Below, in pieces: positions 14,965 to 27,628 of a stretch of 64,000 nucleotides of DNA. Under the pieces are notes generated by a model. It had not been told where the DNA came from. It was given only the letters and a program-made list of their open reading frames with translations, and did no database searches. The stretch lies in NCBI RefSeq assembly GCF_006345805.1, contig NC_042997.1, positions 167,400,001 to 167,464,000 on the forward strand, read 5' to 3'. The translations under genes were made by a program, and so were the position numbers. Source of the stretch: Octopus sinensis (lineage: Eukaryota). Each line of letters begins with the position of its first letter. Positions within the stretch are counted from its first letter, which is position 1.

Positions 14965-15113
14965 TCCTCGCTTAACTGGTACTTATTTAATCGACCCCGA
15001 AAGGATGAAAGGCAAAGTCGACCTCGGTGGAATTTGAACTCAGAACGTAGCGGCAGACGAAATACGGCTAAGCATTTCGCCCGGCGTGCTAACGTTTCTG
15101 CCAGCTCGCTGCC
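14965..15113 (-). mobile_element. SINE family S1 (partial)
   Basis: Reverse complement of the S1 head and body. Confidence 0.85.
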
Positions 15114-15483
15114 ATCGGATCTCCATTATTAATTAACTCCTGCACGATTGTCGACTACGTTCAGACATTTATTAATTACATAAACAATTAAAAAAATATT
15201 CTTTTACTTCCATTTTATTTAACTGTCTGCCATTTTATATATCTAATACAAAAGATCACCATATTCACTGTAGCACTTTCTTATCTGTTCAAGTTCATCA
15301 GTCACAGAAAACATGCATCTTTTCCTCAGACTAATAATATATGTATAGAACATTAAGCTTGTTATATATTTCGGTTGCAGCTATCGCCTTTGATTGAAAT
15401 TCAATTATGTTTACAGAATAAGAATTTAGAAACTTGATAAAACATAGCTATATGTAAAAATAAACATTAACTGAGTAGAATAA

Positions 15484-15693
15484 GGCGGCGAGTTGGCAGA
15501 ATCGTTAGCATGCCAGACAAATTGCTTAACGGCATTTCGTCCGTCTTTACGTTCTAGGTTCAAATACCGCCGCGGTCAACTTTGCCTTTCATCCTTTCGA
15601 GGTCGACTAAGTAAGTACCAGTTGAGTACTGGGTTCGATGAAGTTGACTCCTTCCACTCAAAAAATGTTGGCCTTGTGTCAAAATTTGAAACC
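15484..15693 (+). mobile_element. SINE family S1 (tail type B, CCAAAATTTGAAAC)
   Basis: Full head, body and tail. Confidence 0.85.
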
Positions 15694-16551
15694 ATTTATT
15701 TCTATCTAAATTCTATCTAAAATTTGTCAGCATAGTTGTTGTTGTCGTTGTTGCTGTTGTAGTTTGAAACATAGCTGACTGTCGCTCTTATTATTCAAGA
15801 AATTTCCAGACTTTGACCCGATCGTAACTGAAGTTGCTAATAAAATGTTCGGATAATTTTTTATGTTTAACAACGAAAATTCTTTTTGCTATTTTGAATT
15901 CCAAGTCAACTTTTTTTTCCCGCACTAACGTCTAATTTGATCATTTTTCAATATTCAAAAAGTAATTGATTCTAAAGTGGGGCAAAATGGGTAATGAATA
16001 ATTTTAATAATCTTTTTTCTTTAATTGTATGGTGCACAAAAAGAACCATTCTACCTTGAAGAGAGCCGTTCCAATAGATCATGATGAAGCTATAGGGAAT
16101 GCTTTACGTTTAGATTTTAGATTTTGTAGAGTTTCATTAATTTCATGTCATATGCCATTTACCACGCTCTTCTTTCATTTGACCAAGATATTTAAACTTT
16201 TTATTGCATTTCCGATCTTTCTGATGTCTAAGGATGAGTATTGATGTGTATGAGTTTTTTGTTTTTGTTTTTTGCTATTGTGGGTTTTTTTTATTCTTTC
16301 GAGTGTAATTCTGGAGAATTAAAGAGGCAAATTAACCTTATTTTACCTTACTCATTTTGCCCGCCTAAACTCGTCTTTTGTAATGCTCAAAGAGAACGGA
16401 GATATTTTTCTGAAATAGTATTCGGAGTTTTTAATGCATTTGGAGGAGGTCATTTAATTAAGGAGTGAACATTTGTAAAACATATACTTTTTTCTCAAAG
16501 TCAAAAATACAGCAAATATTACTCATTGTGCCCCACACCATTCTCTCTCTA

Positions 16552-16938
16552 TACTCTTTTACTCTTTTACTTGTTTCAGTTATTTGACTGCGGCCATGCT
16601 GGAGCACCGCCTTTAGTCGAGCATCTCGACCCCGGGACTTATTCTTTGTAAGCCCAGTACTTATTCTATCGGACCATTTTGCCGAATCGCTAAGTGACGG
16701 GGACGTAAACACACCAGCATCGGTTGTCAAGCAATGCTAGGGGACAAACACAGACACACAAACATATACACAGGCATACATATATAAACATATATACTAC
16801 AGGCTTCTTACAGTTTCCATCTACCAAATCCACTCACAAGGCATTGTGACACTTGCCCAAGATGCCACGCAGTAGGACTGAACCCGGAACTATGTGGTTG
16901 GTAAGCAAGCTACTTACCACACAGCCACTCCTGCGCCT
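16552..16938 (-). mobile_element. SINE family S2
   Basis: Full-length match to the other S2 copies. Confidence 0.85.
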
Positions 16939-17169
16939 ATCGAATTGATTTTTAAATGTAAGAGGTTTACAGTAGTAACTTTACAGTTCCGCCGGTGGTT
17001 TTGCTTCTTCGAACAGTTAAACGAAGCCAATAACTAATGAAGCTTCGAAGTCACTCTCAAACTTTTCCTTGATCAATTTCTTCCTTACCACTCTTTTAGC
17101 ATGACAGGAATTCCCACTTCTCTTTACTCTCACGGTAATATCAACAAGAGCATCATAGAAAAATCAAAT

Positions 17170-17352
17170 TGTTTCAGTCAGTTGACTGCCGCCATGCTGG
17201 AGCACCGCCTCCAAGGGTTTTTTAGCCGAAGAAATCGACCCCAGGACTTATTCTATCGGTCTCTTTTGCCGAACTGCTAAGTTACAGGAGCGTAAACACC
17301 CCAGCATCGGTTGTCAAGCGATCGTGGGTGTACAAACACAGCCACGCCTGCG
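17170..17352 (-). mobile_element. SINE family S2, internally deleted
   Basis: Tail region joined directly to the head remnant CAGCCACGCCTGCGCC. Confidence 0.7.
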
Positions 17353-17640
17353 CCAATGAATATAAATTAACATAATTTGGCGAAAATGTACTCAGGTATA
17401 AACTATAATAAGACTAACATGCTTTACAAATAGAACTAGATCGGAGGAAAATATTTTGAAACACTACTTCGTAGACTTTATTTGTGAGTGTGTTATGATA
17501 TAGTTACGTATGCTTAAACACAGAAACACAGATATAAGTGTGTTTGTGTATATGTATGCATGCATTAACACATTTGCATGTACTTAAATTTGTAAATATA
17601 TACACATGCTATTAATTACGTTTGTGTGTGTACGTATATA

Positions 17641-18051
17641 CTCTTTACTCTTTTACTCTTTTACTTGTTTCAGGCATTTGACTGTGGCCATGCTGGAGCA
17701 CCGCTTTTGTTTTTAATCGAGCAACTTGACCCCGGGACTTATTCTTTTGTAAGCCCAGTACTTATTCTATCGGTCTCTTTGGCTGAACCGCTAAGTAACG
17801 GGGACATAAACACACCAGCATCGGTTGTCAAGCAATGCTAGGGGGACAAACACAGACACACAAACACACACACGCATATATATATATATACGACGGGCTT
17901 CTTTCAGTTTCCGTCTACTAAATCCACTCACAAGGCTTTGGTCGGCCCGAGGCTATAGTAGAAGACACTTACCCAAGGTGCCATGCAGTGGGAATGAACC
18001 CGGAACCATGTGGTTGGTAAGCAAGCTACTTATCACACGGCCACTCCTACG

Positions 18052-18054
<3 letters not shown>
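17641..18054 (-). mobile_element. SINE family S2
   Basis: Full-length match. Confidence 0.85.
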
Positions 18055-18086
<32 letters not shown>

Positions 18087-18157
18087 CAAATGCCTGTGAC
18101 TATATCTATTGATCTCTCTTTCTATATCTCTTTATTGTATATATTGCGTATGAGTTC

Positions 18158-18336
18158 CCCAGCTGAACAGGACGCCAGTTCATCGCAGCGTAACTCATTT
18201 TTACCAGCTGAGTGGACTGAATCAACGTGAAATGAAGTGTTTTGCTCAAGAACAGAACGCGTCGCCCGGTCCAGGAATCGAAACCACAATCTTACGATGA
18301 TGATGCTGACATCCTAACCACTAAGCCACGCGCTTC

Positions 18337-18338
<2 letters not shown>
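18158..18338 (-). mobile_element. tRNA-derived SINE family S4-like (partial)
   Basis: Matches 51909-52247 and 63424-63756 (CAGCTGAGTGGACTG, TGCTCAAGAACA). Confidence 0.7.
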
Positions 18339-18377
<39 letters not shown>

Positions 18378-18520
18378 TATATTATATATTATATATATAT
18401 ATTGTTATATTTCGGAATGGTCATATTGCCAGTTTAGCCAATAAAAACACACGCACTATATATTTGGTGTTATTTTGCTTCAGTGATATTTATTTTTTAC
18501 ATAAATCTTAATCTTATTTC

Positions 18521-18565
18521 GGCCAAAGTTCTTTCGTCACACTCCTGTGACCGCATCAGTGGTCC
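18521..18565 (-). ncRNA. Variant minimal hammerhead-like motif in the outer 3' pLTR
   Basis: GGACCA-CTGATGC-G-GTCAC(AGGAGT)GTGAC-GAAA-GAACTT-TGGCC. Helix II is perfect, but core A9 is replaced. Confidence 0.5.
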
Positions 18566-18994
18566 TTTGTTTTCTTCTCACTTACTTGTGTCTCTCCTTA
18601 CTAACCGTCAGCCATTTTGTATTTCTATTGTATGTCTTCATTTGCGCATGCTTATATCTCTATGTGCGTCTATGTTTATTTAGTGTGTGTGTGGGGGGGA
18701 TGCTGTAATATTTGTATCTTCTGGTTATATACATTCTTGTAATTTGTATTTTGTTTTTGTTGTTGTTGCTTTTGTTCTAATTTTGTTCATGTGTTTACAT
18801 CCACCCATTATTATCATTACATATGCTTGTATGTATGTATAACAGCAATATTAATAATTTGTATTTTGTTTTTGTTGTTGTTGCTTTTGTTCTAATTTTG
18901 TTCATGTGTTTACATCCACCCATTATTATCATTACATATGCTTGTATGTATGTATAACAACAATATTAGTAATAATAATAATAAATCTAATCGA

Positions 18995-19040
<46 letters not shown>

Positions 19041-19213
19041 TAAATATTAGGGAATATATCCAAATTTACAGGGAAAAAAATCAGATTTAGGATTAAATCC
19101 AATTTTATAGTAAAATATTATAAAATATTATTTGAGACAAAACCACTATTTTGCAAAACAAACAAGGAAGACTTAATCAATACATAAAATTTAATAAATA
19201 GTCAAAAAAACCG

Positions 19214-19256
19214 CCACTACAATCGTTTCTTGTCTTGATCGACAATCTTCAGGTGG
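19214..19256 (-). ncRNA. Minimal type I hammerhead ribozyme (inner PLE, sense arm)
   Basis: CCAC-CTGAAGA-TTGTC(GATCAA)GACAA-GAAAC-GATT-GTA-GTGG: complete core, helix I 4 bp, helix II 5 bp, short near-palindromic helix III, GUA cleavage triplet. Confidence 0.8.
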
Positions 19257-21473
19257 ACTTCCAATCTAAAAAATCAAAATTTTAAAATATAAAAATAATA
19301 CTTTTAAATAATTAAAGTATAAATGAAAAAATATAAGTATATAATCCATATATAACCTATATATAATCCATATCGAAAATATAGACTAATTACCACGAAT
19401 TCCCTAAAAAACCATGATAAAACAAAACTCTTAAAAACATATAACGATAAAATCTCCCTTTGCTAAACTCTATAACAAACCTATAAAGTAAACCCCCTAA
19501 CCTAAACATTCACACACAAATACACACACGTAAACCACAGACTCACGACTTATACACATACCTATACTAACTTATAAACCTCAATATACACCAAAACCCA
19601 CTCCCTCCCCACACAGACAAATAACACATACATCCCAAAACCTAAATAACAAACCCATATACACATTCACACACAAACACACACTCACACGCAAAACACT
19701 CACACACAAAAGATACATATACTCCCTCACATATACGCCTATACATACTCACTAAACTCGACATATACAACAATACTTACACACCCACAAAAAACATTAT
19801 ATACATTTATGAGCTTTAACTCACCTTAGCATCTCTAACAAACAACTTGCAGTAACCCAATCCCATTCTCTATGCCTACCTCACTACTACACTATTCCAT
19901 TCACATTCCAAGCAACGCTAGTCCACCACCCGGTTATTCACGTGGCAAAACGAACACCACTCAAAAATTATGAATGAAACAATGTAAAAAAATAACCAAC
20001 ACCTAAAATAGACAAAATACCACGAATTACCTAAAAAAACCATGATAAACCAAAACTCATAAAAGCATATAACGATAAAATCTCCATTTGCTAAACCCTA
20101 TAACAAACTTATATAGCAATCCCCCTAACCTAAACATTCACACACAAAAAACCCACACGTAAACACAGACCCAAGACTATACACAAACCTATACTAACTT
20201 ATAAACCTCAATATACACCAAAAACCACTCCCTCCCCACACAGACAAATTAACACATACATCCAAATCCTAAATAACAAACCCAAATACACATTCACACA
20301 CACAACACACACACACGCAAAACACACACACACAACAGATACATATGCTCCCTCACATATACGCATATACATACTCACTAAAACTACACATTTGTACCTG
20401 TGTGGTAGTCTCCATGTGTATATTCACGCACGGGTATAAATACAGGGGGTACACGCTCACTTCATTTACGTGTACCCCTCACATGTACATATGCATACTA
20501 TTTTGGCTCGATATATGCAACAATGTAATCGCGCCCGTATGTGTGAGCATTCACTGGTTGTGCAATTCACCCATCTGGGTGTGATTGTGTGTAAACTTAT
20601 CACTGTGGAGGTCGAGCTTGATACGTATATATTAGTGTGTATTAGGGGTTGTACGTACTAATTATGTTCATGTGCTTCACGCACTTGCGTCCATGTATGG
20701 AAGAATATATTGGGATTACTATGTAGGTGTAAATAGGGTATGGGGGAGTTTTGTCATTGTATGGGTGTGGGTTTCATTTGTGATGGTGGTTAGTTGGTGA
20801 TTATTAGTATGTTCTGTATTAGGGCTAGTATGTATTATTCAAGTGTGTATAATTGTATACATATAATTGGTGTGAATGGGATTACTCCCTTTTTTTTTTT
20901 TTTTTTTTTTTTTTTATTATTATTTTTAGGGGATGTATGTGTTTATTTATCCATGTGGGGCTGGAGTGGCCGTTAGGTGCATATGCTGAGGCTCACATGC
21001 AAACCCAAGTACAACGAATGAAGTGGGCACTTATAATTGTTATGGGTGTGTACTTTATTATAAAAGACAATACCCAAATAAAATCTGTCAATTCAACATA
21101 CAAATAAAAAACAAAAAACAAAGGGATCTTAAACATTCACACATACATACAAAACTCAATAAAAACACCACTAAATAACACCCAAAAACATATAATATAT
21201 CCTCAAAATACATATAACAAATGCAAAATAAAAATACATAATAAAAAAAATAAATAAAAATAAAAATAAAAAAATAAAAAAATCTAATATAAATTATTAA
21301 AGTTTTAACGTACCATAAACTGCTAAATTAATATACATTAAAAATGAACTAATTAAAACAAAGAAATATCAATAAAGACTAACTATAATTAAATCCTAGA
21401 CAACATAACCAAAAATATATCATCTAAACTAATTTAAACTAAACTAAAATAACCTAAAAGGGAACTATTATTG

Positions 21474-21622
21474 CTATTTATCATGAAACTTATTATATAA
21501 GTAAAGTAACTTGTGTCTACATTTTATTTTGCGCTCCTCCCCAATATTAAGTAAATTATCATACTTATAAAATAAAATTTCTTTAAACTCATTAGAGCAT
21601 AAATAACAACAATTAGCTCCTT
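21474..21622 (-). pseudogene. C-terminal stump of the inner PLE ORF
   Basis: GANCCYLCSNEFKEILFYKYDNLLNIGEERKIKCRHKLL matches the C.LC..EK..I......LLN.R.E....CRH motif that ends many PLE GIY-YIG domains. Confidence 0.7.
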
Positions 21623-23364
21623 TGTGAGCCTCAGCATATGCACCTAACGGCCACTCCAGCCCCACATGGATAAATAAACACATACATCCCCTAAAAATAA
21701 TAAAAAAAAAAAAAAAAAAAAAAAGGGAGTAATCCCATTCACACCAATTATATGTATACAATTATACACACTTGAATAATACATACTAGCCCTAATATAC
21801 AGAACATACTAATAATCACCAACTAACCACCATCACAAATGAAACCCACACCCATACAATGACAAAACTCCCCCATACCCTATTTACACCTACATAGTAA
21901 TCCCAATATATTCTTCCATACATGGACGCAAGTGCGTGAAGCACATGAACATAATTAGTACGTACAACCCCTAATACACACTAATATATACGTATCAAGC
22001 TCGACCTCCACAGTGATAAGTTTACACACAATCACACCAGATGGGTGAATTGCACAACCAGTGAATGCTCACACATACGGGCGCGATTACATTGTTGCAT
22101 ATATCGAGCCAAAATAGTATGCATATGTACATGTGAGGGGTACACGTAAATGAAGTGAGCGTGTACCCCCTGTATTTATACCCGTGCGTGAATATACACA
22201 TGGAGACTACCACACAGGTACAAATGTGTAGTTTTAGTGAGTATGTATATGCGTATATGTGAGGGAGCATATGTATCTGTTGTGTGTGTGTGTTTTGCGT
22301 GTGTGTGTGTTTGTGTGTGAATGTGTATTTGGGTTTGTTATTTAGGATTTGGGATGTATGTGTTAATTTGTCTGTGTGGGGAGGGAGTGGTTTTTGGTGT
22401 ATATTGAGGTTTATAAGTTAGTATAGGTTTGTGTATAAGTCTTGGGTCTGTGGTTTACGTGTGGGTTTTTTGTGTGTGAATGTTTAGGTTTAGGGGGATT
22501 GCTATATAAGTTTGTTATAGGGTTTAGCAAAGGGAGATTTTATCGTTATATGCTTTTATGAGTTTTGGTTTATCATGGTTTTTTTTAGGTAATTCGTGGT
22601 ATTTTGTCTATTTTAGGTGTTGGTTATTTTTTTACATTGTTTCATTCATAATTTTTGAGTGGTGTTCGTTTTGCCACGTGAATAACCGGGTGGTGGACTA
22701 GCGTTGCTTGGAATGTGAATGGAATAGTGTAGTAGTGAGGTAGGCATAGAGAATGGGATTGGGTTACTGCAAGTTGTTTGTTAGAGATGCTAAGGTGAGT
22801 TAAAGCTCATAAATGTATATAATGTTTTTTGTGGGTGTGTAAGTATTGTTGTATATGTCGAGTTTAGTGAGTATGTATAGGCGTATATGTGAGGGAGTAT
22901 ATGTATCTGTTGTGTGTGAGTGTTTTGCGTGTGAGTGTGTGTTTGTGTGTGAATGTGTATATGGGTTTGTTATTTAGGTTTTGGGATGTATGTGTTAATT
23001 TGTCTGTGTGGGAGGGAGTGGGTTTTGGTGTATATTGAGGTTTATAAGTTAGTATAGGTATGTGTATAAGTCGTGAGTCTGTGGTTTACGTGTGTGTATT
23101 TGTGTGTGAATGTTTAGGTTTAGGGGGATTGCTATATAAGTTTGTTATAGGGTTTAGCAAAGGGAGATTTTATCGTTATATGTTTTTAAGAGTTTTGTTT
23201 TATCATGGTTTTTTTAGGGAATTCGTGGTAATTAGTCTATATTTTCGATATGGATTATATATAGGTTATATATGGATTATATACTTATATTTTTTCATTT
23301 ATACTTTAATTATTTAAAAGTATTATTTTTATATTTTAAAATTTTGATTTTTTAGATTGGAAGT

Positions 23365-23407
23365 CCACCTGAAGATTGTCGATCAAGACAAGAAACGATT
23401 GTAGTGG
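23365..23407 (+). ncRNA. Minimal type I hammerhead ribozyme (inner PLE, inverted arm)
   Basis: Identical mirror of 19214-19256. Confidence 0.8.
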
Positions 23408-23493
23408 CGGTTTTTTTGACTATTTATTAAATTTTATGTATTGATTAAGTCTTTCCTTGTTTGTTTTGCAAAATAGTGGTTTTGTCTCAAATA

Positions 23494-23563
<70 letters not shown>

Positions 23564-23677
23564 TATATACACATATACATATATATATATATATATACAC
23601 ACATACATATATATAGTTATTCATTTCTATTTCTTTAATTATCTGTGTATTTATTATGTTTGCAGGATCCACTATCG

Positions 23678-24582
23678 TCATATATTGTGGTGTGTGCTAT
23701 TGCTCCATTCTAGTTTTCTATTCAGGCTAGGTTTATTTTCTATTATATGTGTAGCTTCTGTAATTTGTCTAATTGTTGCATCTGTTCTATGTGTGGACAA
23801 TATCTTAATCTCTATGTTATTGATTGATCCCCCGTGTTCTTGTTCGGCGTGTTGGTACAGAATCGATGAGCTTTTACCTTCCTTGAATTGTCTCCAATGT
23901 TCATTCACCCGCTCTCCAATTCTTCTTGCTGTTTCCCCTACGTATGTTACTGTCTTGTTACTGCATCGTCCCTCTATACATCTTATACTATAGACCACAT
24001 TTCTGGCTTTACAGTTTGTTTGTGGGCTAAATCTACATACAGTGCAATAGTTATCCGTACAGAGAGTTCTACTAAAAGGATAGGTTCTACCAATTATAGA
24101 TCTGATAGGGTTGCCTGGCTTTTCAACAACCTTAATTCTTAGTTTAAGTTTATCTAGGGTCCTTCTAAAGCGGTACGCCAGTTCACCTCCAGGGGTGGTG
24201 TCAACGAACATGACACTCTGGTATTTATGGCTATCATACCAAGAGTTGGCCTTCCCTATTTTCTTTTTTGTCCTTTCTATAGTGTTCCATGACTTGTTCC
24301 TATAGAGTGGGCAAATCCCATTCCTATCATTACATAATATATTATCAAATTTCTTCATGGCTCCTTTGTATACTCTGATCCTTTCTTTATGACTGTAACC
24401 TGAGAACTGCATGCGGTGAATGAAATACTGTATGTGTCTCTTTAATTCTGTAGGCTCGCACATGCGTGACACATTTCTCATTATTCTGACGAGGTCTGCC
24501 ATCAAAATATTGAATTTGGCATTGCCCGCAATGGCTGAGTTCCGGTGGATCAGGTATTTTGAGGCCATAGGTTTTGCATGGT
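23678..24582 (-). CDS. 5'-truncated PLE ORF: RT thumb/linker plus C-terminal GIY-YIG endonuclease (~301 open codons)
   Basis: YHAKPMASKYLIHRNSAI (post-RT), MFVDTTPGGELA, Cys-rich linker CTDNYCTVC...NCK, NVVYSIRC...YVGETARRIGERVNEH (GIY-YIG), RQITEATHI..NKPSLN. No stops. The ORF-track start at 24715 lies inside the inverted pLTR and is not the native start. Confidence 0.88.
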
Positions 24583-24632
24583 ATGGCTGACGGTTAGTAA
24601 GGAGAGACACAAGTAAGTGAGAAGAAAACAAA

Positions 24633-24677
24633 GGACCACTGATGCGGTCACAGGAGTGTGACGAAAGAACTTTGGCC
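24633..24677 (+). ncRNA. Variant minimal hammerhead-like motif in the outer inverted pLTR
   Basis: Mirror copy of 18521-18565. Confidence 0.5.
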
Positions 24678-24957
24678 GAAATAAGATTAAGATTTATGTA
24701 AAAAATAAATATCACTGAAGCAAAATAACACCAAATATATAGTGCGTGTGTTTTTATTGGCTAAACTGGCAATATGACCATTCCGAAATATAACAATATC
24801 TGTTTCAACACACGACTTCACATAAAAAATCTTGCACAACAAATATTTAAACGTATATATATATATTTATATACAAAGAGAGAGAAACATAATACTTACA
24901 TATATACATGCGTATACGCACGCACGCACGCGCACACACACACACACGCACACACAC

Positions 24958-25009
<52 letters not shown>

Positions 25010-25149
25010 ACACACACACACAAGCATATATACTCATATCAATGGGAAGTTCTCAATGAATATGAAATGCGTTAGCAACAAGACGAGCAAAAAGAAATTG
25101 AGTGGCCTGAAGTTCAAAAAGATCAAAAAATAAATGCTTGCAGATCATT

Positions 25150-27060
25150 GAAGTTTTATGCCGTCAAGGACCAACCCTGCTAAAATATACGTGGAACCAG
25201 GCCGGAATGAATCACTCCCACAATACTACCCAGAACTTCTGGTTGAAGCAAACCTCAGACTCACTCAGAGCTGCAAGACATCATCAGATAACGTAGCCCC
25301 AAGCAAAGAAGAAGAAAGAATGGATCTGTTCGACAATAATTGCCATCTCAAAAATAACGATAAACGGGAAGCTGACAACTCTATTCAACAATTCCATTCT
25401 CGTTAACAGCCAAGAAACTGAGATTCGAAATGGAAGAATCAGAAAACTGTCCTTCACCATGAACAGTAGAGTTAGCAATGTCCACCATCTCAGGCAGTAG
25501 TTCTTAACCGGGGTCCATTATGGCCCAAAATTTTGTTATTAAAATTTATGCGCAATAAATTGCTTATATTTCTACAATACACAAGATATTTAATGTTTTT
25601 TATACAATTCCTAATAATATTTATTTATGAAAATAGAGTGTACTTAGAATATGTACTTAGAATGACTGTGGAAGTCCAGTAGAGTAAAATAGGAATGAAG
25701 GAAGTCCATAGGCAAAAAAATGATTGAGAACGACTAATCTCAAGCATGAACTAAACAGCTTGAGATGTAGCTCAAAGTGACAAGGCACAGTATACCAAGA
25801 ACCGGATGTTTTGTGGCCTCCATAGACATGACAGGCTTACATGATAAGCTCAAGGCTTGGATATATAACATATAACATGGTATCATTTCACACATTCTTT
25901 GGTCTCTCTTGATTCATAAAACCTCGATATCTATGAGAGTCAACTAATTCCCAAGGAAATGACTGTGAGTAAGTGGTAACCGACGAAACATTGCCATATA
26001 CAGCCAGAAGAATTTGAAGTTCCTAATTGGAGATTCCAAAGTTTTTCAGGTTAAGACTGAACGGAAATGGTGGATAGCAGAGACTGTGGATGGCGCGGAA
26101 CCGAAGTAAAGACAGGGGTTAATGGTACGTGCACTGTCTCGTTGAAAGGCTGGTATTGACATCAGTACAACAATCTGCTTCAGCAAGATGCAAGGATAGA
26201 ACAGGAAGCTGTACCCAAGATGAAATGAGAGTGTCAGTCGCAGAGAGACGAGCCAGCTGGAATATGATAGAATGCTGAAACTCAATGAGTAAAGATCATT
26301 AATTCAGGATGATTATAATGTTTTATGAAACCTATACAACTTGCTCCGTTGGTGAAAGGGGGAATCACCAGATGTTCTTCTAAACCTGTGAAGAGGGATC
26401 TTGGTGTACAGCTGCAGCTGATGTCCAAAAAGTGCTGGGTAACTTTTGTTGTAGATGCCCTAGCGCGCACTCACTCCTGTGGTATTAACCATCTGAGAAC
26501 CCCCGCCCAGTTATGAAACCCGCCATCATCAAGGCTGAAGAGAAACGACATTCAGCTGCCAGGACTCCATCCCACGCCCCGCTAGTAATGGCACAAAACT
26601 GATAGCCGAAAGCTGACATGAGAAAATAGCTAAAGTTTTCAGCTTTTGTCACAATATTGCTAAGATTAGGCATGTTTCTCATCACAGAAGATTCTACACA
26701 AATTATCATGTTAGAAATTACCTATCTTCAAAAAATATATTCAAAAAGGATAAACAGTGAAAGAGTTCCACAACAACGGGTTGAGAGCAAAATGGAAACG
26801 GAAGTAAGTCTCTCCCTCTGTAGTTTCAATAATGTGCTGCGCATCAGAGGACCTTGAAGGCGAAGGATCATCAAGTCAGTTCCGAAATAAAAGAAGTTGT
26901 TTCAAGGTTGCAGTGTATTAGGAGACAAGAACTATGGACATGGTTATCTAACCTGAAGCAAGAACTGAGAACTGACAAATTTCTCCTGGATCCGCTAAAA
27001 AACGCTGGTGAGAGTTCAGAACCCGAAACACAGTGAAGTCGTAACACCAGAGAGGATTTT
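25150..27060 (+). mobile_element. Very degraded retroelement pol-like remnant (possibly Ty3/gypsy)
   Basis: Only faint echoes (GCFVASID, VDALAR cf. ADALSR); interrupted by a hAT MITE. Confidence 0.25.
25495..25736. mobile_element. hAT-type MITE
   Basis: TIRs CAGTAGTTCTTAAC / GATTGAGAACGACTA; 8-bp TSD ATCTCAGG / ATCTCAAG. Confidence 0.6.
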
Positions 27061-27547
27061 CCAGATACACATTCTCCAGATGATGTATCTAAAATATATA
27101 CACATGAACATATTCTTTACTTCATTCTACATTTCTGACTTAAACATCGAACAACGAGCTCAAACGTATATGCATGTATAGGTTACTTCTGATCACAAGT
27201 GTAGTAAGATACAATTTATTTATGAAGTTTGTAAATTATTATAGTGTAATTAGATCAAATTAAAACATGTAAAATGCATACCATCTACATGTATATAAAC
27301 ACAGATATTTACATACACACACACACACGTGTGTGTCTTTGTGCTTGTGTGAGTGTGTGTAAAAAATAGCATATATATCTGTGTGTGTTTGTGCTCGCGT
27401 GCGTATGCGTGTGAACGTATGTACGCATATAATGTATAATATATCTACACTCGCATGCATATGCATCTATATATATATTATATCATACACTATATATGTA
27501 CATAAACATACATATATACATATATATATATACATACATATATATAT

Positions 27548-27628
<81 letters not shown>

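Larger units (their letters stand above)
19035..23503 (-). mobile_element. Inner Penelope-like element: ORF stump, long 3' UTR/pLTR and ~1.88-kb inverted 5' copy
   Basis: 19119-20997 is the reverse complement of 21623-23503. The spacer holds a PLE ORF C-terminus, only the left arm carries the tail extension 19035-19118, and both ends abut (TA)n. Confidence 0.85.
18400..24799 (-). mobile_element. Outer Penelope-like element: 5'-truncated, inverted 5' pLTR (24583-24799), sense 3' pLTR (18400-18615), interrupted by a second PLE
   Basis: The 216-bp terminal inverted repeats match by eye. A GIY-YIG ORF lies inside. An A-rich (minus-strand) 3' UTR runs 23677-23617 and appears to resume at 19000-18616 across the insertion. 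Confidence 0.85.

Noticed and set aside
19260-21620. Mitochondrial insertion (control-region-like C/A skew, poly-T run)
   Set aside because: No recognisable mt rRNA, tRNA or protein motifs. The region is bounded by a hammerhead-bearing pLTR and continues from a PLE ORF C-terminus. A BLASTN against the mitogenome would settle it.
24583-24715. N-terminus MIFIFYINLNL... of the 345-aa ORF and its twin ORF 18483-18683
   Set aside because: This is the antisense reading of the pLTR, fused in frame by the inversion junction; not a native start or a separate gene.
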